Origin: Parcubacteria group bacterium
GTDB lineage: Bacteria > Patescibacteriota > Minisyncoccia > Moranbacterales > GCA-2747515
Length of the DNA: 64,000 nucleotides
Assembly (NCBI GenBank): GCA_041660065.1
Contig: JBAZXC010000005.1
Span: 292 to 64,291 of the forward strand
Direction of reading: 5' to 3'
In this document: piece by piece, positions 50,074-59,426 of the stretch
Layout: each line of letters opens with the position of its first letter
Numbering within the stretch: position 1 is the first letter of the stretch
Notes under the pieces: generated by a model
What the model was told of the DNA's origin: nothing
Database searches by the model: none
The model's input: only the letters and a program-made list of their open reading frames with translations
Made by a program: the position numbers and the translations under genes

Positions 50074-50862
50074 ATGTCAGTCAATCTAACACTCAAAAAA
50101 TTGGGGCTTAATGAAAAAGAAGTGCGAGTATATCTCGCTTTGCTTCGGCGTGGAAAAACTAAACCTGCAGAATTGGCAAAACTGACCAAGCTCAACAGGG
50201 CAACGCTCTATCATATTGCCAAAGGCCTGGTTTCTTCAGGTATCATTGCCGAAGACTTGAGCGGTAAAACTTTGCAATATGTATCTTTGCCGATCAACGA
50301 TCTGAAAAATATTTTAGAATCTGACAAAAGGGCATTAAAAGAGAAAGAGGATTTGGTCAAGCGGGCAGTTGGTGAGCTTCGACTTATTAGTTCAGAAAAA
50401 TCATATCCCGTCCCCAAGATCAGATTTATAGAAGAGAAAGATCTGGAAAAGTTCTTGTTTGATAATTTGGTGAAGTGGCAAAAAAATGTCATTGCATCAG
50501 ACGGTTTTTGGTGGGGTTTTCAAGACCACACGTTTGTTGAAAATTATCCCGCTTGGATCGCGGAGAGTTGGAAAACAAAGGAAAGTCAGCATAAAAATTA
50601 TTTACCGCAAGTGTTTACAAATGATTCGGCTCCTGAGCGGAGATTAAAAGGGAAATACCAGCCAAAAAGACATGTCAAATTTTTGGCGGATACAAATTTT
50701 ACAGCAACCACGTGGGTGTGTGGAAATTATATTGTCATGATCCATACGCGCCACACCCCTTTTTATCTCATTGAAATTCATGATGAAATGATGGCGCTTA
50801 ATATGCGAGAAATATTTCGAAAGTTATGGGAAATTCCGACAAAAGAGGCGAATAAATTATAA
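50074..50862 (+). CDS. TrmB-family transcriptional regulator
   Basis: LGLNEKEVRVYLALL..G....ELAK.T.LNRATLY...KGL...G. Confidence 0.85.
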   Translation: MSVNLTLKKLGLNEKEVRVYLALLRRGKTKPAELAKLTKLNRATLYHIAKGLVSSGIIAEDLSGKTLQYVSLPINDLKNILESDKRALKEKEDLVKRAVGELRLISSEKSYPVPKIRFIEEKDLEKFLFDNLVKWQKNVIASDGFWWGFQDHTFVENYPAWIAESWKTKESQHKNYLPQVFTNDSAPERRLKGKYQPKRHVKFLADTNFTATTWVCGNYIVMIHTRHTPFYLIEIHDEMMALNMREIFRKLWEIPTKEANKL

Positions 50863-50870
50863 AACAAAAT

Positions 50871-51359
50871 ATGAAATGGATCTATCAAAAAAATGATGTG
50901 CCGGTGCGGGATGCTGGTAAAAAGGTGCGTTATAAAGTGACGCCTGCAGCATATGTGATCCCTGTGTGGCAGGGGAAAATCTTGCTTGCGCGGCGATTTC
51001 AGACAGGGTATGAAGATGGCAATTATAGTCTGGTGGCGGGGCATGTGGAGCGGGGAGAAACGTTTGTACAATGCATTGTGCGGGAAACAAGGGAGGAGAT
51101 CGGGATCATCGTGCAACCAGATGATTTGGAAATGGTGCATACAATGCATAGGAAAATAGGAAAAGATAGTGAGCGTGTGGATCTGTTTTTTGTGACAACG
51201 CGGTGGCAGGGCGAGATCACAAATTGTGAGCCTCATAAATGTGACGATCTTTTGTGGTGTGATGGTGAAAATTTGCCTCAAAACACCATTCCCTATATCG
51301 CGCAAGCGGTTCAAATGATCATCAATGATGTGCCATACAGTGAGCATGGGTGGCGTTGA
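50871..51359 (+). CDS. NUDIX hydrolase
   Basis: Nudix box GHVERGETFVQCIVRETREEIG; EP.KCD.L.W. Confidence 0.92.
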   Translation: MKWIYQKNDVPVRDAGKKVRYKVTPAAYVIPVWQGKILLARRFQTGYEDGNYSLVAGHVERGETFVQCIVRETREEIGIIVQPDDLEMVHTMHRKIGKDSERVDLFFVTTRWQGEITNCEPHKCDDLLWCDGENLPQNTIPYIAQAVQMIINDVPYSEHGWR

Positions 51360-51410
51360 GTTTTTTGTGTGATGAATTGACGTAAGGCGTGATTTCTGCT
51401 ATACTTTTTG

Positions 51411-51541
51411 GACGGTCTTATCAAAGGTGATCCTTGCAAAAAAGGCACTTTTGATCTGACTTTAGTCAGTGCTAGAGAGGCATACTGGCGCAGTAAAGGT
51501 CGACATTAACAATTGCATAAATCGCCTAACGTAAAAACCAT
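51411..51541 (+). promoter_or_regulatory. Structured 5' leader (riboswitch-like candidate)
   Basis: Promoter TTGACG-17-TATACT (51377-51405), then hairpins 51420-51455 and 51458-51501. Confidence 0.4.
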
Positions 51542-51817
51542 ATGGTACTATTTTTTGTTGGGGTTTTGGAGATGATTATTGTCACATTGTGGACCAAAAT
51601 GGTTGTCGAAACCAGAGTGATCGCCAGTGGGGCGGTAACGATGGTAAATATCCTGATCTGGTACTATGTACTACAAAAGATCGTGGATGATATCAGCAAC
51701 TGGCAACTGGTTCTCTTGTATGCCGTGGGGTGTGCTGTGGGAACTGTGATCAGTACATACTATTTCCACATGGACGAGGGAGCCAAAGCTCGCTTGATAG
51801 AACAAAATAATTCGTAA
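51542..51817 (+). CDS. Small membrane protein (DUF5698/YebE N-domain-like)
   Basis: 91 aa, three hydrophobic helices, YA.G.A.GT motif; terminator near 51874-51909. Confidence 0.7.
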   Translation: MVLFFVGVLEMIIVTLWTKMVVETRVIASGAVTMVNILIWYYVLQKIVDDISNWQLVLLYAVGCAVGTVISTYYFHMDEGAKARLIEQNNS

Positions 51818-52139
51818 TTATAAACAGATGAAAGACGATGTCCCTTTAGGGAAAGCGCAAATCGAAAGAACATAAACCGCTCTTATGAAAGTGATAAAGA
51901 GCGGTTTTTGTTTTTTATTTATAGAGGACGTGTGCATTTGTTAGCATCTTTGTTATTTCTACACCATCTACCGGCAACAAAGCGAAAAATTTGTATTGCG
52001 TAGATAAGTCATTAATTTGTAGCTCTGGTTGTGTCGCCTTGCCTATTTTATTGACATAATTTAAAAAATAGTATATTGTATAGAGTCAGTTTTTTAAAAG
52101 GCAAATAATTTAAATCAACCATCCAGAGGAGGATGAATC

Positions 52140-52787
52140 ATGAATATTCTTAAAGATCTAACTAAAGAAGATGCAAACATTCCGGTTTTTCAGATTTCTA
52201 ACTTTAGTTTTTTCCCGCATGTATTTGTGGAATCTTTGCCGTCATGTCCTAATTGTGCAGTTTTCAGCATTAAAGACGATGCCCGGCAAGAGACAACGTA
52301 CATGGCTATCTCTGCTAATGTGCATGTTTCGCCTTTTGGGAATACATGGCGAGAAGTTTTTGATGACTTTCTCGCTTTTGCCAGGGCGAATTCATTATTC
52401 TTGAAGGACTGTATCGGAATGAATTTTTTCAAGAATAGTCCTGAAAATTATACGTCGGAATCAATGGGATCCATCCCAGAATTAAAAGCATATAAAAAAG
52501 GTGGAGAAGTTAATGTCATTCATGAAAAACCTTTTTCAAACGATCGACATCCAGAGCTTGAACCTGGGGAAATGTTTCTTTGCAATACTTCAGAAGAGAG
52601 TTTCATTGCTTTCTTATGGAAAACAAAGAGACGGGGAAAGATAGCATATTCTATCTTTGGTGATTTGGTCAATGATAAAAGGAGGAAAAATGACGAAGAT
52701 CTTTACTATCCCGTTTTCATTCAAATGGCTGAGGTCAAGTGTAGAGGAATAGGTAACCTTAACGGCATGCAGCCTGCTGATTCTTGA
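52140..52787 (+). CDS. Orphan protein
   Basis: GAGGAGG SD; TTGACA at 52051; hairpin plus T-tract near 52828-52864. Confidence 0.72.
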   Translation: MNILKDLTKEDANIPVFQISNFSFFPHVFVESLPSCPNCAVFSIKDDARQETTYMAISANVHVSPFGNTWREVFDDFLAFARANSLFLKDCIGMNFFKNSPENYTSESMGSIPELKAYKKGGEVNVIHEKPFSNDRHPELEPGEMFLCNTSEESFIAFLWKTKRRGKIAYSIFGDLVNDKRRKNDEDLYYPVFIQMAEVKCRGIGNLNGMQPADS

Positions 52788-53087
52788 GTATCTTCTGAAT
52801 TATTCAATAAAATCCTACATACCATATGACGATCCGTTACTTATCGCAGAGCGGGTCGTTTTTTAATTCCTAAAACAAAACTTTTATTCATAAATCCAGT
52901 TCCCATCGTATTAACCAGTCTGCAGGTGAAGTGGAGAAATCTGATAAAAACAATATATTCTTACACTCTTTGATTTTAAGATTTCTCGACTTTTCTCAAG
53001 AAGATAAAGAGGCATATAGTTTTGGTATATTTGTCTATATAATGGGAATTGTGAGATGATGTATTTGAAATATATAATTTAATTCTA

Positions 53088-53118
53088 CTCTCCCGCAGGG
53101 AGAGGGTTGGGGTAAGGG
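53088..53118 (+). repeat. CTCTCCC...GGGAGAGGG palindromic repeat, copy 1
   Basis: CTCTCCCGCAGGGAGAGGGTTGGGGTAAGGG. Confidence 0.75.
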
Positions 53119-53139
53119 TAATTTGATTCCCATAAAAAT

Positions 53140-53367
53140 ATGGAAAATTTAAAAAATGGTATTTATCAGCACTATAAGGGGAAGCGGTACGAAGTGATCG
53201 GCGTGGCGCGCCATAGTGAGACATTGGAGGAGTTGGTGGTATATCGTGCGCTGTATCACTCGGAAGAATGTGGGGACAATGCGATGTGGGTACGGCCAAA
53301 GAGCATGTTTTGTGAGATGGTAGAGATCGGCGGAGTAAAAAAACCACGGTTTCAGTTTATTAAATAA
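53140..53367 (+). CDS. DUF1653-family protein
   Basis: GIYQHYKG..YEVIGVARHSETLEELVVYRALY, WVRP..MF, PRF. Confidence 0.9.
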   Translation: MENLKNGIYQHYKGKRYEVIGVARHSETLEELVVYRALYHSEECGDNAMWVRPKSMFCEMVEIGGVKKPRFQFIK

Positions 53368-53386
53368 ATTTTTATACGTAATTTAA

Positions 53387-53420
53387 CCCCCTCTCCCTTA
53401 GGGAGAGGGCGGGGTGAGGG
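53387..53420 (+). repeat. CTCTCCC...GGGAGAGGG palindromic repeat, copy 2
   Basis: CCCCCTCTCCCTTAGGGAGAGGGCGGGGTGAGGG. Confidence 0.75.
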
Positions 53421-53427
53421 CAAAAAT

Positions 53428-54147
53428 ATGGCACAAAAAAATATTCTCGGAGACTTGCGCAAGGAATTGCGCAAAAATGCTGACAAAGACGTCAAAAAAA
53501 GTGGAGAGCGATTTTTTAAGGAGGATGTAAAGTTTTATGGTATCAAAACGGCGACAGTGGCAAAAATCGCAAAAAAATATTTTTCTTTGATCAAAGATCT
53601 GCAGAAAAAGGAAATCTTTGATCTTTGCGAAGAGTTGTGGCAATCAGGATATATGGAGGAGTCATTTATCGCATGCAATTGGTCATATTCCCTACGAAAG
53701 AATTATGAGAAGAAAGATCTCAGAGTTTTTGAAAAATGGGTAAAAAATTATGTATCAAACTGGGCATCATGTGACACATTGTGCAATCATACGATCGGCA
53801 CGACCGTGGAAATGTATCCGGAGCATATCGCAGATCTCAAAAAGTGGGCACGATCCAAAAATCGTTGGGTGCGCCGAGCGTCGGCGGTGACGCTCATTGT
53901 GCCGGCAAAGAAAGGGAAATTTCTTTCGGATATTTTTGCAATTGCGGATATATTGCTTACAGACAGTGATGATATGGTGCAAAAAGGCTATGGATGGATG
54001 CTCAAAGTGGCAAGTCAGGCACATCAAAAAGAGGTCTTTGATTACGTGATGCAAAACAAATCTGTGATGCCACGCACAGCACTGCGTTATGCGATCGAAA
54101 AAATGCCCAAAGAGCTAAAAGAGCAGGCGATGATGAGGTCTGTATAG
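53428..54147 (+). CDS. DNA alkylation repair protein (AlkD-like HEAT repeat)
   Basis: NWASCD, W..S.NRWVRR, D.DDMVQKG.GWML, MPRTALRYAIEK. Confidence 0.88.
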   Translation: MAQKNILGDLRKELRKNADKDVKKSGERFFKEDVKFYGIKTATVAKIAKKYFSLIKDLQKKEIFDLCEELWQSGYMEESFIACNWSYSLRKNYEKKDLRVFEKWVKNYVSNWASCDTLCNHTIGTTVEMYPEHIADLKKWARSKNRWVRRASAVTLIVPAKKGKFLSDIFAIADILLTDSDDMVQKGYGWMLKVASQAHQKEVFDYVMQNKSVMPRTALRYAIEKMPKELKEQAMMRSV

Positions 54148-54254
54148 GATTTTATGTGGGTAAGCCTAAAAATTGCACGAAAACAAGAGATGTTGACTAA
54201 TTCACCCAAATAGTATATATTAAGGATAGTTAATTCACCTAAATATTAAAGATT

Positions 54255-55382
54255 ATGATAATCAAAAGGATCATCCAAGAACCCATTGAAAAAGATCTTT
54301 TTGGTGGGAAAGCAATCATTATTTATGGGGCGAGACAAGTGGGAAAAACCACTTTAGTAAAGCAAATCCAAAAAAAATATCTCAATGAATCACTGTATAT
54401 CAACTGTGATGAGCCTGATGTGCAGCAATCTTTGACCGGTAAGACATCCACTGAACTCTTTCACTTTTTTCAGGGAAAGAGGCTGATTATCATTGATGAA
54501 GCGCAAAGGGTGGAAAATATTGGCATGACGCTGAAGTTGATCGTGGATAATTATCCAGGAATTCAAGTGGTGGCTACCGGGTCTTCGTCTTTTGAATTAT
54601 CAAACAAGATCGTAGAACCGCTTACGGGGCGGGCTATAGAATATACGTTATATCCTTTTTCTGTGGAAGAACTTCAAACAATATATGATCCAATAGAAAT
54701 GAAGAGGCTTTTAGAGACACGCATGTTGTTTGGAAGTTATCCGGCGATGGTAATGGGTGAAAAAAATAGAGAAAGAACACTGATCACATTGGCAAATAAT
54801 TATACGCATAAGGACATCTTGCAATATCACAACATCAAAAATCCGGAGGTTCTGATCAAGTTGTTGCAAGCGCTGGCCTTGCAAATAGGCAATGAGGTTT
54901 CATATAATGAATTGGCGAGCTTGGTAGGCATAGATAAAGTTACCGTTGCCAGCTATATCCAGCTATTAGAAAAAGCTTTTATCATCTTTCGTCTCAATCC
55001 ATTCAGTCGGAATCTGCGAAATGAGTTGAAAAAAATGAGAAAGATTTACTTTTATGATACAGGCATAAGGAATGCGCTCATCAATAATTTTAATACGCTG
55101 GATATTCGCCAAGATGTGGGAGCGCTGTGGGAAAATTATGTGATCAGCGAAAGAATAAAAAGCAACAACAATCATTTTCAAAACAAAAATATGTATTTTT
55201 GGCGTACCTGGGATCAAAAAGAAATTGACTTGGTGGAAGAACGGGGTGGTGTTCTTAGTGCCTTTGAAGTCAAATGGAAGGTTAAGAAATCAAAAGTGCC
55301 TAAAGATTTTTTGGATGCTTATCAAAATTCAAATTTTATTTTGATCAATAGGGATAATTTTTTGGATATATTTCACAATTAA
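54255..55382 (+). CDS. AAA_14 ATPase with a DUF4143 domain
   Basis: GARQVGKTT, IIDEAQ, TGSS, LTGR, KIYFYDTG.RN, G.LWEN, EID, E.K. Confidence 0.9.
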   Translation: MIIKRIIQEPIEKDLFGGKAIIIYGARQVGKTTLVKQIQKKYLNESLYINCDEPDVQQSLTGKTSTELFHFFQGKRLIIIDEAQRVENIGMTLKLIVDNYPGIQVVATGSSSFELSNKIVEPLTGRAIEYTLYPFSVEELQTIYDPIEMKRLLETRMLFGSYPAMVMGEKNRERTLITLANNYTHKDILQYHNIKNPEVLIKLLQALALQIGNEVSYNELASLVGIDKVTVASYIQLLEKAFIIFRLNPFSRNLRNELKKMRKIYFYDTGIRNALINNFNTLDIRQDVGALWENYVISERIKSNNNHFQNKNMYFWRTWDQKEIDLVEERGGVLSAFEVKWKVKKSKVPKDFLDAYQNSNFILINRDNFLDIFHN

Positions 55383-55396
55383 TTTTTTTTTGAGCT

Positions 55397-57541
55397 ATGA
55401 GAACTATTCTAAAAAAATACTTTGGCTTTGAGGAGTTTCGACCATTGCAAAAAGAGATCATAGAAAATGTTTTGGCGGGGAAAGATACATTTGTTTTGAT
55501 GCCGACCGGTGGAGGAAAGTCATTGTGCTATCAGTTGCCTGCATTGAAGTTTCCGGGGATCACGCTCGTCATTTCACCGCTGATCGCTCTCATGAAAGAT
55601 CAGGTGGATGCACTGCGTGCCAATGGTGTGTCTGCGGAATTCTTGAATTCCTCGCTGTCTCTTGATGAGATCCAGAGGATCCAAAAAGATGCACTTGCCG
55701 GGCATATCAAGATTCTCTATATCGCACCGGAGCGGATGTCGTTGGCAGGGTTTGAGAATTTTTTGAAAAAATTACAACCAAGCCTCATCGCCGTGGATGA
55801 AGCGCATTGTATCTCCGAATGGGGACATGATTTCCGTCCGGAATACCGCAATCTCAAAAGATTAAAGGACATTTTCCCCGGTGTGCCGGTTATCGCTCTT
55901 ACGGCAACCGCAACAGAAAAGGTGCGTCAGGATATTTTGGACCAACTCGGGTTTGATGATTCCAATGTTTTTATTTCCAGTTTTGATCGGGCAAATCTTT
56001 TTTTCCGTGTGGTAGAAAAAAAGAATGCGTTTGACAAGCTCTTGCAACTGCTCAAGGATCGCAAAAACGAATCGATCATTATTTATTGCTTTTCACGTAA
56101 AGATACGGAAAATATCGCCCAAAATCTCCGTGCGGAAGGATTCTCTGCGCTGGCATATCATGCGGGATTGGATGCAGAAAGCAGGAAAAAAACACAAGAG
56201 GCGTTTATCAGAGATGAAACAAATATTATTGTTGCAACGATTGCATTTGGGATGGGCATTGATAAGCCAAACGTGCGACTCGTTGTGCATTATACATTTC
56301 CCAAGTCTCTTGAGGGGTATTATCAAGAAATTGGTCGTGCCGGTCGTGATGGGTTGCCGGGGGAGTGTGTGATGTTCTATACATATGCGGATGCGCGCAA
56401 ACATCAATATTTTTTGAATGACATTGCAGATGAAAATATCAAAAAGCAAACCGAACAAAAGTTGCGTGAAGTGATGGAATATGCGGATCTCAATTCTTGC
56501 AGAAGGCGTCATCTCCTCTCATATTTTGGCGAGAAATACGAGGAAGAAAACTGTGGCGGATGCGATGAATGTCTTTCGGAAAAAGAAGTTTTTGATGCAA
56601 CAACTGTTACGCAAAAAATTCTTTCAGCAGTCATTCGTACGGGTTCGCGTTTTGGTGCGGGGTATATCGCTGATGTTCTCGTGGGCAAAAACATCAAACA
56701 GATACGGGATCGCGGGCATGACACGCTTTCTGTCTATGGCATTGTCAAAGACTTTTCCGCAGGACAGTTGCGTGAGATCATGCGATCGCTCGTTGGCGCG
56801 GGTATTTTACAAAAAGCACAAGGGGATTATCCGATAGTGGAGATCACAAATAAAGGGAAAAAGTTTCTCAATGACACAGAAAAAATATTTCTCCCAAAAC
56901 CGAAAGAAGAGGTTTTGACAAAGAGAATAAAAGATCAAGGCAATTTTGCGTATGATGAAGTGTTGTTTGATCAATTACGAGCATTGCGCAAGAGCATTGC
57001 AAACGATATGAATGTGCCGCCGTTTGTGGTGTTCTCCGATGTATCACTTCGTGAGATGGCGCACGATTTCCCCGTAGATGAGAAAAGCTTCTTGCAGATT
57101 ACCGGCGTGGGTGAGCAGAAATTGAAGAATTTTGGTCAGACATTTTTGCAAGAAATACGGACATATGTGGATAAAAATGATGTACAATCAAAAGATCTCA
57201 ATAAGAATTCTCAACAAAGAAAAATCAAAAAAACACGCACAGTGAATGTAAAGGGTGGAACATATCACATCACCAAAGATCTGCTAAAACAAAAAATGTC
57301 GATTGCAGACATCGCACAGGAGCGCGGACTCGCGGAAAGTACGATCATTGCGCATATCGAAAAATTGATCGCTTCTGATGAGCGTGTGGACATCGCATAT
57401 CTCAAACCGTCAAAAAAGGTCTTTGATGAAATGCAAAAGGCTTTCGTGCAATGTAAAACAGAAGCATTGAGCCCCGTATTTGAACATTTGAATAAAAAAT
57501 ATCCATATGATCTGTTGCGATTGGTGAGATTATTTTTATAA
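55397..57541 (+). CDS. recQ: DNA helicase RecQ
   Basis: [49 protein letters not shown]; Zn/RQC, HRDC and C-terminal HTH regions. Confidence 0.98.
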   Translation: MRTILKKYFGFEEFRPLQKEIIENVLAGKDTFVLMPTGGGKSLCYQLPALKFPGITLVISPLIALMKDQVDALRANGVSAEFLNSSLSLDEIQRIQKDALAGHIKILYIAPERMSLAGFENFLKKLQPSLIAVDEAHCISEWGHDFRPEYRNLKRLKDIFPGVPVIALTATATEKVRQDILDQLGFDDSNVFISSFDRANLFFRVVEKKNAFDKLLQLLKDRKNESIIIYCFSRKDTENIAQNLRAEGFSALAYHAGLDAESRKKTQEAFIRDETNIIVATIAFGMGIDKPNVRLVVHYTFPKSLEGYYQEIGRAGRDGLPGECVMFYTYADARKHQYFLNDIADENIKKQTEQKLREVMEYADLNSCRRRHLLSYFGEKYEEENCGGCDECLSEKEVFDATTVTQKILSAVIRTGSRFGAGYIADVLVGKNIKQIRDRGHDTLSVYGIVKDFSAGQLREIMRSLVGAGILQKAQGDYPIVEITNKGKKFLNDTEKIFLPKPKEEVLTKRIKDQGNFAYDEVLFDQLRALRKSIANDMNVPPFVVFSDVSLREMAHDFPVDEKSFLQITGVGEQKLKNFGQTFLQEIRTYVDKNDVQSKDLNKNSQQRKIKKTRTVNVKGGTYHITKDLLKQKMSIADIAQERGLAESTIIAHIEKLIASDERVDIAYLKPSKKVFDEMQKAFVQCKTEALSPVFEHLNKKYPYDLLRLVRLFL

Positions 57542-57652
57542 GTGGGGGAATGAGGAAAAAACGGACAATACTTTCAGTCATGCATGATATTTTTTATAAA
57601 ATACATGTTTCTGTTATGATATACTCAGGTAAAATTATAAACAATCAGATCT

Positions 57653-58303
57653 ATGATCAAGGCAATTATTTTTGACATGAATGGAGTGATTATTGATGAT
57701 GAACATGCGCATGAGATGGCGTTTCGAGATACGGTTAAAGAATATAAAATTGATCTTACACACGATGATTATCTTGCGTGTTGCGCAGGAAAAACGGATC
57801 GACGCGGATATGAGGATATTGCAAAAAAATTTCAGCAAGATCTGCCCGTTGATACTTTACTTGATCGTAAATGGAAGATTTATCCGCAACTATTTGAAAA
57901 ACACAAAAAAGCCTTTGAGGGTGTTGTGGAGCTCATTCGTGATCTTTCACAAAAATATACAATTGCACTTGCGTCCAGCGCTTCGCGTGATGAGGTTATT
58001 CTGATCACCAAAGAATTTGACGTGGAAAAATATTTTTCTGTGATGATTTCTGCAAATGATGTAGTCAACGGAAAACCACATCCGGAACCATATCTCAAAA
58101 CCGCAGAGCTGTTGCATGTTTCTCCCGTATCATGTGCGGTCATAGAAGATTCTCCGAGTGGTGTGCGTGCGGCAAAATCTGCAGGCTGTTATTGCATTGC
58201 AATCACAACGACACATACAAAAGAAGATTTGCGAGAGGCGGATGTGATCGTCGGATCTTTCGCAGATATTGATGATGTTCTAATCAATAAATTGGGAGTA
58301 TAA
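57653..58303 (+). CDS. HAD-family phosphatase
   Basis: IFDMNGVI.D, GKPHPE.Y, IEDS.SG..AA..AG. Confidence 0.9.
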   Translation: MIKAIIFDMNGVIIDDEHAHEMAFRDTVKEYKIDLTHDDYLACCAGKTDRRGYEDIAKKFQQDLPVDTLLDRKWKIYPQLFEKHKKAFEGVVELIRDLSQKYTIALASSASRDEVILITKEFDVEKYFSVMISANDVVNGKPHPEPYLKTAELLHVSPVSCAVIEDSPSGVRAAKSAGCYCIAITTTHTKEDLREADVIVGSFADIDDVLINKLGV

Positions 58304-58306
58304 AAT

Positions 58307-58963
58307 ATGTTGGATCAAAAAGAAATAATCCAAAAAACCGTTGCATATGTCCAAAGTGCGCTTTTGCAGGCGGATGGGGCACATGACTGGTGGCATGTGT
58401 ATCGTGTGTGGCAATTGGCAAAGCATATCGCGAAAGAAGAGGGTGCGGACACGTTTGTGATCGAATTAAGCGCATTATTGCATGATGTCGCAGATGCAAA
58501 ACTGTATGGAGGCGATGAAGAGATCGGAGTGAGAAGGATCAGAGAATTTTTGTCGTCAGTTGATATTTCCACTGATGTGATCGAGCGTGTAATAAATATC
58601 ATTATACACCTCTCATTTCGCGAAACTTTTCACGAGAAAGAATATAAGTCTGTAGAACTTTTTGTTGTACAAGACGCCGATCGATTGGATGCATTGGGCG
58701 CTATTGGCATTGCACGAGCATTTAGCTATGGAGAACGTAAGGGATGCAAAATACACGATCCGCAGATCAAGCCAAATTTACAAATGACGAAAGAACAATA
58801 TGTAAAAAGGGAGTCAACGACGATCAACCACTTCTACGAGAAATTGCTTTTATTAAAAGATCAAATGAACACAAAAACAGGCAAAGTCATTGCACAAGAA
58901 AGGCATGCGTTTATGGAACAATATCTCGCAGAATTTTATAAAGAGTGGGAAGGTAAAAAATAA
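58307..58963 (+). CDS. HD-domain phosphohydrolase (YedJ-like)
   Basis: HDW.H..RV, ALLHD, QDADRLDALGAIGIAR.F, HFYEKLL.L, RH. Confidence 0.9.
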   Translation: MLDQKEIIQKTVAYVQSALLQADGAHDWWHVYRVWQLAKHIAKEEGADTFVIELSALLHDVADAKLYGGDEEIGVRRIREFLSSVDISTDVIERVINIIIHLSFRETFHEKEYKSVELFVVQDADRLDALGAIGIARAFSYGERKGCKIHDPQIKPNLQMTKEQYVKRESTTINHFYEKLLLLKDQMNTKTGKVIAQERHAFMEQYLAEFYKEWEGKK

Positions 58964-58981
58964 TAATAAAAATAATTTTTT

Positions 58982-59143
58982 ATGAAAATATATTTTGCGG
59001 GGTCAATTCGTGGCGGGAGAGGTGATAAAGAATTGTATTTGCAGCTCATTCGGTATATCAGTAAATATTTGGGCAAGAGCAGGTTTGTAACCTGCTCCTT
59101 TCATTTTTTTTGTGCTACAATATTTTTAGTTGAGATCATTTAA
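58982..59143 (+). pseudogene. Truncated nucleoside 2-deoxyribosyltransferase/DNPH1-like gene
   Basis: MKIYFAGSIRGGRGDKELYLQLIRYISKYLG, then runs into a REP at 59073 and stops at 59143. Confidence 0.65.
59073..59107 (+). repeat. GCAG-family REP-like palindrome, copy 4
   Basis: GCAAGAGCAGGTTTGTAACCTGCTCCTTTCATTTT. Confidence 0.8.
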
Positions 59144-59149
59144 TTTCCA

Positions 59150-59221
59150 TGTCATGCTGAACTTGTTTCAGCATCTATATAAGCCATAGATGTGAGATCC
59201 TGAAACAAGTTCAGGATGACA
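59150..59221. repeat. TGTC-headed double-hairpin element, copy 2 (inverted relative to 45152)
   Basis: TGTCATGCTGAACTTGTTTCAGCATCT...AGATCCTGAAACAAGTTCAGGATGACA. Confidence 0.85.
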
Positions 59222-59372
59222 GAAGTTTGCTTTTAATAATCGCTTATATAAAAGAAAAAATGACATTTATATTAAACTAATCAGTTGAAAAGAATCAGAA
59301 AAAGCACTGTGATGAAACCAGATGATCGGCAAATGATTTATGTGAGTTAGAAATTGGTGAAATGTAAAATGT

Positions 59373-59400
59373 GTGGAGCAGGTTGCAAACCTGCTCCTGC
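59373..59400 (-). repeat. GCAG-headed REP-like palindrome, copy 5
   Basis: Reverse complement reads GCAGGAGCAGGTTTGCAACCTGCTCCAC. Confidence 0.8.
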
Positions 59401-59426
59401 TCGATTATCTTAATATGTGGCAAATT

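Noticed and set aside
51920-53080. Start-less open frames near 51920-52045 and 52880-53060
   Set aside because: Possible gene remnants, but without start, SD or recognisable motif.
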